Source: Escherichia coli (GTDB lineage Bacteria; Pseudomonadota; Gammaproteobacteria; Enterobacterales; Enterobacteriaceae). From it: 64,000 bases of DNA. Below are positions 23,340-42,814 of this stretch, in pieces. The stretch is taken from NCBI RefSeq assembly GCF_003991155.1, contig NZ_CP031293.1; one strand, written 5' to 3'. The notes below the pieces were generated by a model, which saw only the letters and a list, made by a program, of their open reading frames with translations, did no database searches and was not told the DNA's origin. The position numbers and the translations under genes are program-made. The number at the start of each line of letters is the position of its first letter. Positions within the stretch are counted from its first letter, which is position 1.

Positions 23340-26300
23340 TTACTCGTCTTCCAGTTCGATGTTGATACCCAGCGAACGAATCTCTTTCAACAATACGTTG
23401 AAGGATTCTGGCATGCCCGGCTCCATCTGATGGTTGCCGTCCACGATGTTTTTATACATCTTAGTACGACCGTTCACGTCATCAGACTTAACGGTGAGCA
23501 TTTCCTGCAGGGTGTATGCTGCGCCGTATGCTTCCAGCGCCCACACTTCCATCTCCCCGAAACGCTGACCACCGAACTGTGCCTTACCACCCAGCGGCTG
23601 CTGAGTAACCAGGCTGTAAGAACCGGTGGAACGCGCGTGCATCTTGTCGTCGACCAGGTGGTTCAGTTTCAGCATGTACATGTAACCAACGGTTACCGGA
23701 CGCTCGAACTGTTCACCAGTGCGGCCGTCGTACAGGCGGATCTGACCAGAAGTCGGCAGGTCGCCAAGTTTCAGCAGCTCTTTAATTTCTGCTTCTTTCG
23801 CACCGTCGAAGACCGGCGTTGCGATTGGCATACCTTTGCGCAGGTTTTCAGCCAGACGCATAACTTCTTCATCGCTGAAGGTACTCAGGTCAACTTTCTG
23901 ACGAACGTCAGCGCCCAGATCGTACGCACGCTGGATGAATTCGCGCAGTTTCGCGACTTCTTGCTGCTGTTTCAGCATGGCGTTGATCTTGTCGCCGATA
24001 CCTTTCGCAGCCATACCCAGGTGGGTTTCGAGGATCTGACCAATGTTCATACGAGACGGTACGCCCAGCGGGTTCAGTACGATGTCTACCGGCGTACCGT
24101 TTTCATCGTAAGGCATATCTTCGATCGGGTTGATCTTAGAAATTACACCCTTGTTACCATGACGACCTGCCATCTTGTCACCAGGCTGGATACGGCGTTT
24201 AACCGCCAGATATACCTTAACAATCTTCAGCACGCCCGGTGCCAGATCGTCGCCCTGGGTGATTTTGCGGCGTTTCGCTTCGAGTTTCTTCTCGAACTCG
24301 TGTTTCAGTTCGTCATACTGCTCAGCCAGCTGTTCCAGCTGATTTTGTTTCTCTTCGTCGGTCAGGCCCAGCTCCAGCCAGCGATCGCGCGGCAGTTTGT
24401 CGAGCTTCTCAGCTTCAACGCCACCGGCTACCAGCACAGCACGGATACGGCTGAACAGACCCGCTTCGAGGATTTGCAGTTCTTCAGACAGGTCTTTCTT
24501 CGCCTGTTTGAGCTGCATTTCTTCGATTTCCAGCGCACGTTTGTCTTTTTCTACGCCATCGCGAGTAAAGACCTGAACGTCGATAACCGTACCGGATACA
24601 CCGTTTGGTACGCGCAGAGAAGAGTCTTTAACGTCAGACGCTTTCTCACCGAAGATCGCACGCAGCAGTTTTTCTTCTGGGGTCAGCTGAGTTTCACCTT
24701 TCGGCGTTACCTTACCAACCAGAATGTCGCCACCGGTCACTTCCGCACCAATGTAAACGATACCGGATTCATCCAGTTTGGAGAGAGCAGCTTCACCCAC
24801 GTTCGGGATGTCAGCGGTGATCTCTTCCGGCCCCAGCTTGGTATCACGGGACACACACGCCAGTTCCTGAATATGGATGGTGGTGAAACGGTCTTCCTGA
24901 ACAACACGCTCGGATACGAGGATGGAGTCTTCGAAGTTGTAACCATTCCACGGCATGAACGCTACGCGCATGTTCTGACCAAGCGCCAGTTCACCGAGGT
25001 CGGTGGACGGACCGTCTGCCAGCACGTCGCCACGTTCTACCGGTTCACCCAGAGACACACACGGCATCTGGTTGATACAGGTGTTCTGGTTAGAACGGGT
25101 GTACTTGGTCAGGTTGTAGATGTCGATACCTGCTTCACCCGGATACATCTCGTCTTCGTTAACTTTGATAACGATACGGGAAGCATCCACGTACTGAACG
25201 ACACCACCACGTTTAGCAACCGCAGTTACACCGGAGTCAACGGCAACAGCACGTTCCATACCCGTACCAACCAGCGGCTTATCAGCACGCAGAGTCGGAA
25301 CGGCCTGACGTTGCATGTTCGCCCCCATCAATGCACGGTTGGCGTCATCGTGTTCCAGGAACGGGATCAGGGACGCACCGACGGATACCACCTGCTGGGT
25401 GGATACGTCCATGTAGTCAACCTGGTCACGGCTGAACAAGCTGGATTCGCCTTTGCTACGGCAAGTTACCAGGTCTTCTACGAAGTGGCCTTCTTCATCC
25501 AGGTTGGAGTTCGCCTGGGCGATAACGTAGTTGCCTTCTTCGATAGCAGACAGGTAGTGAATTTCGTCAGTTACAACACCGTCGGTCACTTTACGATACG
25601 GAGTCTCAAGGAAGCCGTATTCGTTAGTCTGCGCGTATACAGACAGGGAGTTGATCAGACCGATGTTCGGACCTTCAGGGGTTTCGATTGGACATACGCG
25701 ACCGTAGTGAGTCGGGTGTACGTCTCGAACTTCGAAGCCTGCACGTTCACGGGTCAGACCACCCGGGCCGAGTGCGGAGATACGACGTTTGTGCGTAATC
25801 TCAGACAGCGGGTTGTTCTGGTCCATAAACTGAGACAGCTGGCTGGAACCGAAGAACTCTTTCACTGCTGCGGAAATCGGCTTGGCGTTGATCATATCCT
25901 GAGGCATCAGGGTATCCAGATCGCCCAGAGACAAACGCTCTTTCACCGCACGCTCTACACGTACCAGGCCAACGCGGAACTGGTTTTCCGCCATTTCGCC
26001 AACGGAACGGATACGACGGTTGCCGAGGTGGTCGATATCATCGACTTCGCCTTTACCGTTACGGATATCGATGAGCTTTTTCATAACATCAATGATGTCG
26101 TCTTTGCTCAGGATACCGGAACCTTCGATTTCTTCGCGCAGCAGAGAACGGTTGAACTTCATACGACCAACCGCAGACAGGTCATAGCGGTCTTCGGAGA
26201 AGAACAGGTTCTCGAACAGGCTTTCAGCTGCTTCACGAGTCGGCGGCTCGCCAGGGCGCATCATGCGGTAGATTTCTACCAGTGCGCTCAGACGGTCGTT

Positions 26301-27368
26301 AGTTGGGTCGACACGTAAGGTTTCAGAGATATATGGGCCGTGATCCAGATCGTTGGTGAACAGCGTTTCGATACGCTTGTGACCAGACTGGCTCAGCTTA
26401 GCCAGCAGATCCAGGCTCAGCTCCATGTTCGCAGCACAGATCAGCTCGCCGGTAGACTCATCAATATAGTCTTTAGCAACCACTTTACCTGCGATGTACT
26501 CAACCGGGACTTCGATCAGTTTGACGTCGTCTTTTTCCAGCTGGCGAATGTGGCGCGCAGTGATACGGCGGCCTTTTTCTACGTACACTTTACCGTTAGC
26601 TTCGATGTCAAAAGATGCGGTTTCACCACGCAGGCGTTCCGGCACCAGTTCCATCTGCAGCTTGTTATCACGGATTTCAAAGATAACTTTTTCAAAGAAC
26701 AGGTCGAGGATCTGCTCTGTGGTGTAGTTCAGGGCGCGCAGAATGATGGTCGCAGGCAGTTTACGGCGACGGTCGATACGTACGAACAGGTTGTCCTTCG
26801 GATCGAATTCGAAGTCCAGCCAGGAACCACGGTAAGGGATGATGCGCGCGTTATACAGCACTTTACCCGAAGAGTGGGTTTTACCTTTGTCGGAGTCAAA
26901 GAAGACGCCCGGACTACGGTGCAGCTGGGAAACGATAACACGCTCAGTACCGTTGATAACAAAGGTACCGTTGTCTGTCATGAGCGGAATTTCGCCCATG
27001 TAGACTTCTTGTTCTTTAATGTCTTTTACGGTGCCTTCCGGCGCTTCGCGCTCATAGATCACCAGACGCAGTTTAACGCGCAGCGGTGCGGAATAGGTCA
27101 CGCCACGGATTTGACATTCCTGGACGTCAAACACCGGTTCGCCAAGGCGGTAGCTGACGTATTGCAGCTCGGAATTACCGCTGTAGCTCTGAATCGGGAA
27201 TACGGAACGGAAAGCAGCTTCCAGACCATACTGCCCTTCAGGATCTTGCTCGATAAATTTCTGAAACGAGTCAAGCTGGATAGAAAGGAGATAAGGTACA
27301 TCCAGAACTTGTGGACGTTTACCAAAATCCTTACGAATACGTTTTTTCTCGGTATAGGAGTAAACCAT
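23340..27368 (-). CDS. rpoB: RNA polymerase beta subunit
   Basis: Start set at [28 protein letters not shown] (1342 aa) within the track ORF; rifampicin clusters (D516, H526, S531, P564) are wild type. Confidence 0.99.
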
Positions 27369-27617
27369 AGGGTTCCTCAGCTCGCTGACAAGTCGACCCA
27401 TCTGTCCATTGAGCGGACAGTTTGTGCAACACTATTTTGTTGACCGGAAAATGGAACACTTTCCGCAATGCCTGTTGCTATCACGCTTAAACCATTTCAT
27501 TGCGATTTACACAGAACGGACGTCCTGTCGCAGTATATTAAGTCGTCGATAGAAACAAGCATTGAAAGGCACAGCAGTAGTCAAACAGTGTGAAACGCTA
27601 CTGGCGCCTTACAGCGC

Positions 27618-27648
27618 AAAAAGGCTGGTGACTAAAAAGTCACCAGCC
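27618..27648 (-). terminator. rplL-rpoB intergenic attenuator/terminator
   Basis: GGCTGGTGACT-TTTT-AGTCACCAGCC hairpin followed by a T-run on the minus strand, downstream of rplL. Confidence 0.8.
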
Positions 27649-27687
27649 ATCAGCCTGATTTCTCAGGCTGCAACCGGAAGGGTTGGC

Positions 27688-28053
<366 letters not shown>

Positions 28054-28119
28054 TTAAATTGTTCCTGAATATCAGAATAAGTTTATACGTAAGCGAATGC
28101 GTTAAAAAGATAACTGCGA

Positions 28120-28617
28120 TTAAGCAGCTTCTTTCGCATCGCGTACAGCAGCCAGAGTACGAACCAGTTTGCCAGCCGAAGCTTCTTTCATGGTTGCCAT
28201 CAGGCGTGCAATTGCTTCTTCGTAGGTCGGCAGAGTTGCCAGGCGGTCGATCTGAGACGCCGGGATCAGCTCACCTTCAAAGGCAGCGGCTTTGACCTCA
28301 AATTTTGCATTCGCTTTCGCGAACTCTTTGAACAGACGAGCAGCAGCGCCCGGGTGTTCCATAGAGTATGCAATCAGGGTCGGACCAACAAACGCGTCTT
28401 TCAGGCACTCGAACGGAGTACCTTCAACAGCACGGCGCAGCAGGGTGTTACGAACAACACGCATGTATACGCCAGCTTCGCGACCTGCTTTACGCAGTTC
28501 AGTCATTTTATCTACAGTTACGCCACGGGAATCCGCAACTACTGCAGACAGCGCGCCTTTGGCTACTTCGCTGACTTCAGCAACAATCGCTTGTTTGTCT
28601 TGAAGATTTAAAGCCAT
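28120..28617 (-). CDS. rplJ: 50S ribosomal protein L10
   Basis: 165-aa [38 protein letters not shown]. Confidence 0.99.
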
Positions 28618-28908
28618 TAGCTTTGCTCCTGGATGTTTGCCAGAGAAAATCTCTGGAACTCACTTCACTCCTCCAAACGGAGAGAGCGTCTTAATTACGG
28701 TGAGCAGAAACAAGCCAGAATATAAAAGAATAATCTTAGCGTTCTGTCACCGTCTACGCAGGGGATTAAGTTTCTTGCGAAACTCCTGCGGTCTTCGACG
28801 GAGGCCTGGATAGGCCAGGCTCCAACGAACAAATCTTTTTAGCTGCTAACTTTCGTTAGCATACGTGGGGGTAAGATTGTAGACAAAATCACCGCCCACG
28901 TAAAGGCA
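28618..28908 (-). promoter_or_regulatory. rplJ leader (L10-(L12)4 translational autoregulation site; internal promoter region)
   Basis: Long structured leader between rplA and rplJ; assignment by position and established knowledge of the rplJL operon. Confidence 0.6.
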
Positions 28909-30108
<1,200 letters not shown>

Positions 30109-30203
30109 TTACGGGCAAGGCCCATAAAAACAAAAGGCGCGAAATTGTATTCCAATCTCGCGCCTTGTGCAACGATTAAATCGCCGCTTTTTTGATCGCT
30201 GGG

Positions 30204-30749
30204 TTAGGCTTTTTCAACCTGGCTGAAGTCCAGCTCTACCGGGGTCGCACGACCGAAGATAGAAACAGACACTTTCAGACGAGATTTCTCGTAATCCACT
30301 TCTTCAACAACACCGTTGAAGTCAGCGAACGGACCATCATTAACACGGACCATTTCACCCGGTTCAAACAGCGTTTTCGGACGCGGCTTATCACCAACCT
30401 GCTGCAGGCGGTTCATAATCGCATCGACTTCTTTATCGCTGATTGGTGCAGGACGATCGGAAGTACCGCCGATGAAGCCCATCACACGCGGTACGCTGCG
30501 CACCAGGTGCCAGCTCGCGTCGTTCATCACCATCTGAACGAGGACGTAGCCAGGGAAGAATTTACGTTCGCTTTTGCGACGCTGACCGCCACGGATTTCA
30601 ACCACTTCTTCGGTTGGTACCATGACTTCACCAAACAAATCTTCCATGTTGTGTAATTTGATATGCTCACGCAGCGACGTTGCTACGCGGCCTTCAAAAC
30701 CGGAAAACGCCTGAACGACGTACCAGCGCTTTTTAGGAGCTTCAGACAT
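30204..30749 (-). CDS. nusG: Transcription termination/antitermination factor NusG
   Basis: 181-aa [45 protein letters not shown]. Confidence 0.99.
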
Positions 30750-30750
30750 C

Positions 30751-31134
30751 TCAGAACCTCAGGCCAGTGATAAAGGATACCAGGCGAACCAGAATACCAT
30801 CCAGTCCCCACAGGATCAGTGACATTACTGCGGTAACCGCAGCCACAATCAGCGTGGTGTGCAATGTTTCCTGGCGAGTCGGCCAAATGACCTTACGGAC
30901 TTCGGTACGCGCTTCACGGGCAAAAGCAACGGTAGCTTTACCTTTTGTCGTTAACAGCGCGACACCACCCGCTGCAGCAATCAGAATTACTACGGCCAGC
31001 GCACGCAGCGGCAGCATAATGTCGCGATAAAGATAGTTGCCGACAATCGCCACCAGGAGCAATGCCACCACAACGACCCACTTCATCGCTTCCAGGCCGC
31101 GCCCGCTTCCTTGAGCTTCGGTATTCGCACTCAT
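30751..31134 (-). CDS. secE: Protein translocase subunit SecE
   Basis: 127-aa ORF with three TM segments, immediately upstream of nusG. Confidence 0.97.
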
Positions 31135-31303
31135 AAACCAACCTGTCAGAAGTTTTCTACAAACATTTTCACCCCGCGATCGCGAGGCAAACCAAATCGA
31201 AACGCGTATTAGCTTTTCGGATTATACGCCCTCAACAGAGCCTGTCTCAGCAATGATTATGACAAAGAAAATCACTGATGAGCCAGGTTCTGGTACGAAA
31301 GCG

Positions 31304-31330
31304 TGCAAAAAGGGCATCAAATGATGCCCT
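31304..31330 (-). terminator. tufB terminator
   Basis: AGGGCATCA-AA-TGATGCCCT hairpin followed by a T-run on the minus strand, about 35 nt after the tufB stop. Confidence 0.75.
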
Positions 31331-31363
31331 TTTAGTGCGCATTGCGTCAAATGTTATCGGCAA

Positions 31364-32584
<1,221 letters not shown>

Positions 32585-32662
32585 TCACCACATCAACCAG
32601 GCAACATGCCCGACTTGTTGAATGCAATAAACAGAAGGAAAAAACAGGGAGGAGAAAAGAAG

Positions 32663-32738
32663 TGGTGCTGATAGGCAGATTCGAACTGCCGACCTCACCC
32701 TTACCAAGGGTGCGCTCTACCAACTGAGCTATATCAGC
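32663..32738 (-). tRNA. thrT: tRNA-Thr (GGU)
   Basis: Minus-strand cloverleaf GCUGAUAUAGCUCAGUUGGUAGAGCGCACCCUUGGUAAGGGUGAGGUCGGCAGUUCGAAUCUGCCUAUCAGCACCA. Confidence 0.95.
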
Positions 32739-32744
32739 ACATCT

Positions 32745-32819
<75 letters not shown>

Positions 32820-32935
32820 ATCCTGGAACTCGGCTACCTGATTTTCATTCTGCACTGAATATCGAGAGAAGCTCTCTTTATTCGAGCCGGTAAGCGAACT
32901 TATCGTCTCGGGCTACGCCATCGCGTGGCCGAAAT

Positions 32936-33020
<85 letters not shown>

Positions 33021-33028
33021 GGACTTGA

Positions 33029-33104
<76 letters not shown>

Positions 33105-33118
33105 ATCAAGTAGCGCGC

Positions 33119-33147
33119 ATTCTATGGAGACATGCGAGTTCATGCAA
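33119..33147 (-). promoter_or_regulatory. thrU-tyrU-glyT-thrT-tufB operon promoter
   Basis: Minus strand TTGCAT-17 bp-TAGAAT followed by a GC-rich discriminator (GCGCGC), just upstream of thrU; AT-rich UP-like region further upstream. Confidence 0.75.
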
Positions 33148-33465
33148 CTAAAAAATTGCATAATTTGTTTTATTGGTCACATTTTATGCGACACGATGAA
33201 GAAACAGCCGAATGGAGGGCAGATTAGCACACTTTTTCAACATCATTGTGCTCAACAATGCGCTCCTGCTAAACCATAATTCTTTTTATCAGATGGAATA
33301 TCTGTCACATTGCTTTTCAACGATAGCTTCCTGGGAGAGATTTTTTCTTATTATTCCTCCCCATCTGGTGTTACCCTCCTGCCCATTAACCCATTCAACA
33401 GAACTGTGACGCGCCATGGCAAATATCGCTTTGCCGATAGAGCTATGACCGCCAGAAACATGCTT

Positions 33466-34416
33466 ATGAGTATAAAAGAGCAAACGTTAATGACGCCTTA
33501 CCTACAGTTTGACCGCAACCAGTGGGCAGCTCTGCGTGATTCCGTACCTATGACGTTATCGGAAGATGAGATCGCCCGTCTCAAAGGTATTAATGAAGAT
33601 CTCTCGTTAGAAGAAGTTGCCGAGATCTATTTACCTCTGTCACGTTTGCTGAACTTCTATATAAGCTCGAATCTGCGCCGTCAGGCAGTTCTGGAACAGT
33701 TTCTTGGTACCAACGGGCAACGCATTCCTTACATTATCAGTATTGCTGGTAGTGTCGCGGTGGGGAAAAGTACAACCGCCCGTGTATTGCAGGCGCTATT
33801 AAGCCGTTGGCCGGAACATCGTCGTGTTGAACTGATCACGACTGATGGCTTCCTTCACCCTAATCAGGTACTGAAAGAACGTGGTCTGATGAAGAAGAAA
33901 GGCTTCCCGGAATCGTATGATATGCATCGCCTGGTGAAGTTTGTTTCCGATCTCAAATCCGGCGTGCCAAACGTTACAGCACCTGTTTACTCGCATCTTA
34001 TTTATGATGTGATCCCGGATGGAGATAAAACGGTTGTTCAGCCTGATATTTTAATTCTTGAAGGGTTAAATGTCTTACAGAGCGGAATGGATTATCCACA
34101 CGATCCACATCATGTATTTGTTTCTGATTTTGTCGATTTTTCGATATATGTTGATGCACCGGAAGACTTACTTCAGACGTGGTATATCAACCGTTTTCTG
34201 AAATTCCGGGAAGGGGCTTTTACAGACCCGGATTCCTATTTTCATAACTACGCGAAATTAACTAAAGAAGAAGCGATTAATACTGCCATGACGTTGTGGA
34301 AAGAGATCAACTGGCTGAACTTAAAGCAAAATATTCTACCTACTCGCGAGCGCGCCAGTTTAATCCTGACGAAAAGTGCTAATCATGCGGTAGAAGAGGT
34401 CAGACTACGCAAATAA
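33466..34416 (+). CDS. coaA: Pantothenate kinase
   Basis: Start set at [24 protein letters not shown] (316 aa) within the longer track ORF; P-loop [12 protein letters not shown]. Confidence 0.96.
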   Translation: MSIKEQTLMTPYLQFDRNQWAALRDSVPMTLSEDEIARLKGINEDLSLEEVAEIYLPLSRLLNFYISSNLRRQAVLEQFLGTNGQRIPYIISIAGSVAVGKSTTARVLQALLSRWPEHRRVELITTDGFLHPNQVLKERGLMKKKGFPESYDMHRLVKFVSDLKSGVPNVTAPVYSHLIYDVIPDGDKTVVQPDILILEGLNVLQSGMDYPHDPHHVFVSDFVDFSIYVDAPEDLLQTWYINRFLKFREGAFTDPDSYFHNYAKLTKEEAINTAMTLWKEINWLNLKQNILPTRERASLILTKSANHAVEEVRLRK

Positions 34417-34444
34417 TTTTCAGGGGAGCTAATGCTCCCCTATC

Positions 34445-35410
34445 TTATTTTTCCGCACTACGCAGGGATATTTCACCGCCCATCCAGGGTTTTATTATTC
34501 CATCCTGCTCAAGCAATAAAGCGCCCTGTTTGTCTATTCCGCGTGAAATGCCAAATATTTCTTTATCACCAATGATAAGTTTCACTGGGCGATTAATAAA
34601 ATTATCCAGCTTTTCCCAGCGCGAAAGATAAGGTGCCAATCCTTCTTGTTCGAAGAGTTCCAGCGCCGCGCGTAATTCACGTATTAGCATGGCCGCCAAC
34701 GTATTACGATCGAGATTGATCCCCGCTTCCTGCAGCGTGATCCACCCCTGATTAACGACACTCTCTTCAACACGACGCATTGCCATGTTGATCCCGGCTC
34801 CAATGACTATTTGCGCCGCATCGCCGGTTTTACCAGTCAGCTCCACAAGAATGCCTGCCAGCTTGCGATCCTGCAGATAGAGGTCATTAGGCCATTTAAC
34901 ACGAACTTTATCTGCACCCAGCTTGCGTAATACTTCCGCCATCACGATACCGATAACCAGACTTAAACCAATCGCCGCCGCCGGGCCTTGTTCCAGACGC
35001 CAGAACATCGACAAATATAAGTTTGCGCCAAAAGGCGAAAACCATTTCCGACCCCGGCGACCACGGCCAGCCTGCTGGTATTCTGCAACACAGGCATCGC
35101 CCGATTTAAGCTCTCCGATACGATCAAGAAGGTACTGATTCGTGGAGTCAATAACGGGTAGCACAGTTACACTACCGCCATCCAGCTGACCCAATATCTG
35201 TTCAGCATTAAGTAACTGGATAGGCTCAGGCAGGCTGTATCCTTTACCCGGAACGGTAAAGACATCAACGCCCCAGTCACGCAGTGTCTGAATGTGTTTA
35301 TTAATAGCCGCCCGGCTCATTCCTAACGTTTCACCCAACTGCTCACCAGAGTGAAATTCGCCATTCGCTAACAGCGCGATTAATTTCAGCGGAACGGTAT
35401 TATCCTTCAT
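34445..35410 (-). CDS. birA: Bifunctional biotin-[acetyl-CoA-carboxylase] ligase / biotin operon repressor
   Basis: 321-aa [53 protein letters not shown]. Confidence 0.97.
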   Translation of the reverse strand: MKDNTVPLKLIALLANGEFHSGEQLGETLGMSRAAINKHIQTLRDWGVDVFTVPGKGYSLPEPIQLLNAEQILGQLDGGSVTVLPVIDSTNQYLLDRIGELKSGDACVAEYQQAGRGRRGRKWFSPFGANLYLSMFWRLEQGPAAAIGLSLVIGIVMAEVLRKLGADKVRVKWPNDLYLQDRKLAGILVELTGKTGDAAQIVIGAGINMAMRRVEESVVNQGWITLQEAGINLDRNTLAAMLIRELRAALELFEQEGLAPYLSRWEKLDNFINRPVKLIIGDKEIFGISRGIDKQGALLLEQDGIIKPWMGGEISLRSAEK

Positions 35411-36435
35411 GAAATCGTCTCCACTGCGCTAACTTCACCTGATGCACCAATAAAGCGAACTTCAGGCTCAAGCCAGACATTAAATTTTTCACCCACTTTT
35501 TGTCTTACATGATGTGCCAGTTGCACCACATCTTCGCTTTTTGCATTGTCTTCATTAATAAGGACTAACGCCTGTTGACGGTGCACCGCAGCCCCACCCA
35601 TTTGCATCCCTTTTAGCTGGCACTGATCGATAAGCCAACCTGCTGCCAGTTTTACTGAACCATCCGCCTGGGGATAATTTGGTGCTGTTGGAAATTGTGC
35701 CAGTAATGCTTTAGCCGTTTCGGCAGATACAACAGGGTTTTTGAAGAAACTACCGGCATTGCCATTCACTTTTGGATCAGGGAGTTTGGTGGTGCGCATA
35801 TGACACACCGCATTAAATACTTGCTGTGGCGTTACGGTTGTAGGATCCAGACGAGTTAAGTCACCATACGTTAGTACAGGTTGCCACTCTTTTGGCAGAC
35901 GCAGACCTACGGCTACAATGGCGAAGCGGTCCTGGTATTCATGTTTAAAAACACTGTCGCGATAGCCAAAACGGCACTCTTTGGCAGTTAAGCGCACTTG
36001 CTTGCCTGTCGCCAGTTCAACACAGTCAACATAAGCGCAAACTCGCTGTAATTCTACGCCATAAGCACCAATATTCTGGATAGGTGATGAGCCGACACAA
36101 CCAGGAATTAATGCCAGATTTTCCAGACCAGGCATACCTTCCTGCAAAGTGTATTTTACCAGGCGATGCCAGTTTTCTCCGGCTCCTACATGTAAATACC
36201 ACGCATCAGGTTCATCATGAATTTCGATACCTTTGATCCGGTTGATGATCACCGTACCGCGATAGTCTTCCAGAAAAAGTACATTACTTCCTTCACCCAG
36301 AATAAGAACGGATTGTCCTTTTGCGGTTGCATGCTGCCAGGCATTGAGTAGTTGTTGTTCGTCTTCGGCACATACAATGTGCTGAGCATTATGATCAATG
36401 CCAAATGTGTTCCAGGGTTTTAAGGAGTGGTTCAT
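35407..36435 (-). CDS. murB: UDP-N-acetylenolpyruvoylglucosamine reductase
   Basis: 342-aa [37 protein letters not shown]; overlaps the birA start by 4 nt. Confidence 0.97.
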   Translation of the reverse strand: MNHSLKPWNTFGIDHNAQHIVCAEDEQQLLNAWQHATAKGQSVLILGEGSNVLFLEDYRGTVIINRIKGIEIHDEPDAWYLHVGAGENWHRLVKYTLQEGMPGLENLALIPGCVGSSPIQNIGAYGVELQRVCAYVDCVELATGKQVRLTAKECRFGYRDSVFKHEYQDRFAIVAVGLRLPKEWQPVLTYGDLTRLDPTTVTPQQVFNAVCHMRTTKLPDPKVNGNAGSFFKNPVVSAETAKALLAQFPTAPNYPQADGSVKLAAGWLIDQCQLKGMQMGGAAVHRQQALVLINEDNAKSEDVVQLAHHVRQKVGEKFNVWLEPEVRFIGASGEVSAVETIS

Positions 36436-36525
36436 AGCTGCTTTCCTGATGCAAAAACGAGGCTAGTTTACCGTATCTGTGGGGGGATGGCTTGTAGTTA
36501 TGACGACAGGGAGTGTTTGTAGAAA

Positions 36526-36556
36526 CGCAAAAAGGCCCAGTCTTCCGACTGGGCCT
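36526..36556 (-). terminator. rrnB operon terminator (single hairpin)
   Basis: AGGCCCAGTC-GGAA-GACTGGGCCT hairpin followed by TTTTTGCGTTT on the minus strand, 14 nt downstream of the 5S 3' end. Confidence 0.8.
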
Positions 36557-36569
36557 TCTGCTTAATTTG

Positions 36570-36689
36570 ATGCCTGGCAGTTCCCTACTCTCGCATGGGG
36601 AGACCCCACACTACCATCGGCGCTACGGCGTTTCACTTCTGAGTTCGGCATGGGGTCAGGTGGGACCACCGCGCTAAGGCCGCCAGGCA
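36570..36689 (-). rRNA. rrfB: 5S ribosomal RNA
   Basis: 120-nt match to E. coli 5S (UGCCUGGCGGCC...AACUGCCAGGCAU) on the minus strand. Confidence 0.97.
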
Positions 36690-36781
36690 AATTCTGTTTA
36701 TCAGACCGCTTCTGCGTTCTGATTTAATCTGTATCAGGCTGAAAATCTTCTCTCAATCCGCCAAAACACCTTCGGCGTTGT

Positions 36782-39687
<2,906 letters not shown>

Positions 39688-39879
39688 TCACAACCCGAAG
39701 ATGTTTCTTTCGATTCGTCATCGTGTTGCGAAAATTTGAGAGACTCACGAACAACTTTCGTTGTTCAGTGTTTCAATTTTCAGCTTGATCCAGATTTTTA
39801 AAGAGCAAATATCTCAAACGTCACCCGAAGATGAGTTTTGAGATATTAAGGCAGGTGACTTTCACTCACAAACCAGCAA

Positions 39880-39955
39880 GTGGCGTCCCCTAGGGGATTC
39901 GAACCCCTGTTACCGCCGTGAAAGGGCGGTGTCCTGGGCCTCTAGACGAAGGGGA
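39880..39955 (-). tRNA. gltT: tRNA-Glu (UUC) in the 16S-23S spacer
   Basis: Minus-strand GUCCCCUUCGUCUAGAGGCCCAGGACACCGCCCUUUCACGGCGGUAACAGGGGUUCGAAUCCCCUAGGGGACGCCA. Confidence 0.96.
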
Positions 39956-40040
39956 CGTGTCAGTCTGCTTCGCAAGACGCCTTGCTTTTCACTTTCTATC
40001 AGACAATCTGTGTGAGCACTGCAAAGTACGCTTCTTTAAG

Positions 40041-41582
<1,542 letters not shown>

Positions 41583-41764
41583 TAAAAGTTTGATGCTCAA
41601 AGAATTAAACTTCGTAATGAATTACGTGTTCACTCTTGAGACTTGGTATTCATTTTTCGTCTTGCGACGTTAAGAATCCGTATCTTCGAGTGCCCACACA
41701 GATTGTCTGATAAATTGTTAAAGAGCAGTGCCGCTTCGCTTTTTCTCAGCGGCGCGGGGTGTGC

Positions 41765-41793
41765 ATAATACACTTTCCCGCCACAGAGTCAAG
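41765..41793 (-). promoter_or_regulatory. rrnB P2 promoter
   Basis: Minus strand TTGACT-17 bp-TATTAT followed by GCACACCCCGCGCC. Confidence 0.8.
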
Positions 41794-41883
41794 CATTTTT
41801 TTTGCTTTTCTCTGTTGAGATTCTCAGGAGAACCCCGCTGACCCGGCGGCGTGTTTGCCGTTGTTCCGTGTCAGTGGTGGCGC

Positions 41884-41935
41884 ATTATAGGGAGTTATTC
41901 CGGCCTGACAAGAGGAAATTTAAAATAATTTTCTG
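41884..41935 (-). promoter_or_regulatory. rrnB P1 promoter with A/T-rich UP element
   Basis: Minus strand TTGTCAGGCCGGAATAACTCCCTATAATGCGCCACC preceded by AGAAAATTATTTTAAATTTCCTC (UP element). Confidence 0.85.
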
Positions 41936-41956
41936 ACCGCGCAACATTCAACCAAA

Positions 41957-42814
41957 TCAGTCTAAAACTGCCAGTTTTTCGAGCGTTTCGAAGCCGTAAC
42001 GCTGTAAAACGGGCAATAATTGTTCAGCTTCTGGCGTCATTGCCATACAAAAGGCAATATTCGCATCGGCAGATTTTGCATCCGGGGCTTCATGCTCTAG
42101 CAACCAGGCCGTTCGGCGAGCAATCGCTGCGCCAGAATCCACCAGCCGGGTTCCCTCTGGCAGCACCTGTAACAGTTCTTCTTGTAGTAGAGGGAAATGG
42201 GTACACCCCAGTACAACGGTATCTGGCGGCTCTTTCATTCTTAACCACGGACGCAAGATACGTTTTAGCGCATCCAGAGAAACATCTTCGCCATGCAGCT
42301 TCGCTTCAGCCAACTCAACCATCTCTGCCGAGCCCAGCATTTCTATCTGGCATTCATTAGCGAAACGCGCGATCAGCTCATGAGTATAAGAACGTTTAAC
42401 TGTTCCGCGGGTTGCCAGTAATCCGACAATGCCATTTGCCGTCAGACGTGCAGCAGGTTTAATCGCCGGCACGACACCAACAACCGGGAAGTCGAACTTT
42501 TCGCGTAATGCAGGAAGTGAAACGGTACTGGCAGTGTTGCAAGCGACCACAGCCAGCGCAAGGGGATAGCGTTCTTGCACCGCGGTGACAATTGCCACCA
42601 CTCGCTCAACAATAAACGCTTCGCTTTTTTCGCCATACGGGAAAGCGACGTTATCGAAAGCATAAATGTAATGGAGATCCGGTAAGAGATGCCGGATCTC
42701 GTCATAGACCGACAACCCACCGACGCCGGAGTCAAACACCAGCACGGTGGGACGTGGTTCAGAAGGTGTAGCTGCCAGACAAGGTGTATTCCCGTCCTGC
42801 AGTTTGGTAGCCAT
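41957..42814 (-). CDS. murI: Glutamate racemase
   Basis: Track ORF of 289 aa; start set at MATKLQDGN (285 aa); [11 protein letters not shown] motif. Confidence 0.95.
   Translation of the reverse strand: MATKLQDGNTPCLAATPSEPRPTVLVFDSGVGGLSVYDEIRHLLPDLHYIYAFDNVAFPYGEKSEAFIVERVVAIVTAVQERYPLALAVVACNTASTVSLPALREKFDFPVVGVVPAIKPAARLTANGIVGLLATRGTVKRSYTHELIARFANECQIEMLGSAEMVELAEAKLHGEDVSLDALKRILRPWLRMKEPPDTVVLGCTHFPLLQEELLQVLPEGTRLVDSGAAIARRTAWLLEHEAPDAKSADANIAFCMAMTPEAEQLLPVLQRYGFETLEKLAVLD

Noticed and set aside
23340-27368. Possible rifampicin-resistance alleles in rpoB
   Set aside because: Cluster I and II residues ([26 protein letters not shown]; [14 protein letters not shown]) read as wild type; no evidence of resistance substitutions.
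19166-27443. Very long antisense ORFs opposite rpoC and rpoB (803, 513, 1062 and 367 aa)
   Set aside because: They lie entirely antisense to highly expressed, strongly codon-biased genes, and their translations are low-complexity (rich in V, F, T, R, Q) without recognisable domains; classic shadow ORFs.
36670-36680. Sequence difference in 5S rRNA (GCGCTAAGGCCGCC versus the remembered GCGCTACGGCCGCC)
   Set aside because: Single-base allelic differences among rrf copies are common and my recall of the reference base is not reliable enough to call it a variant.
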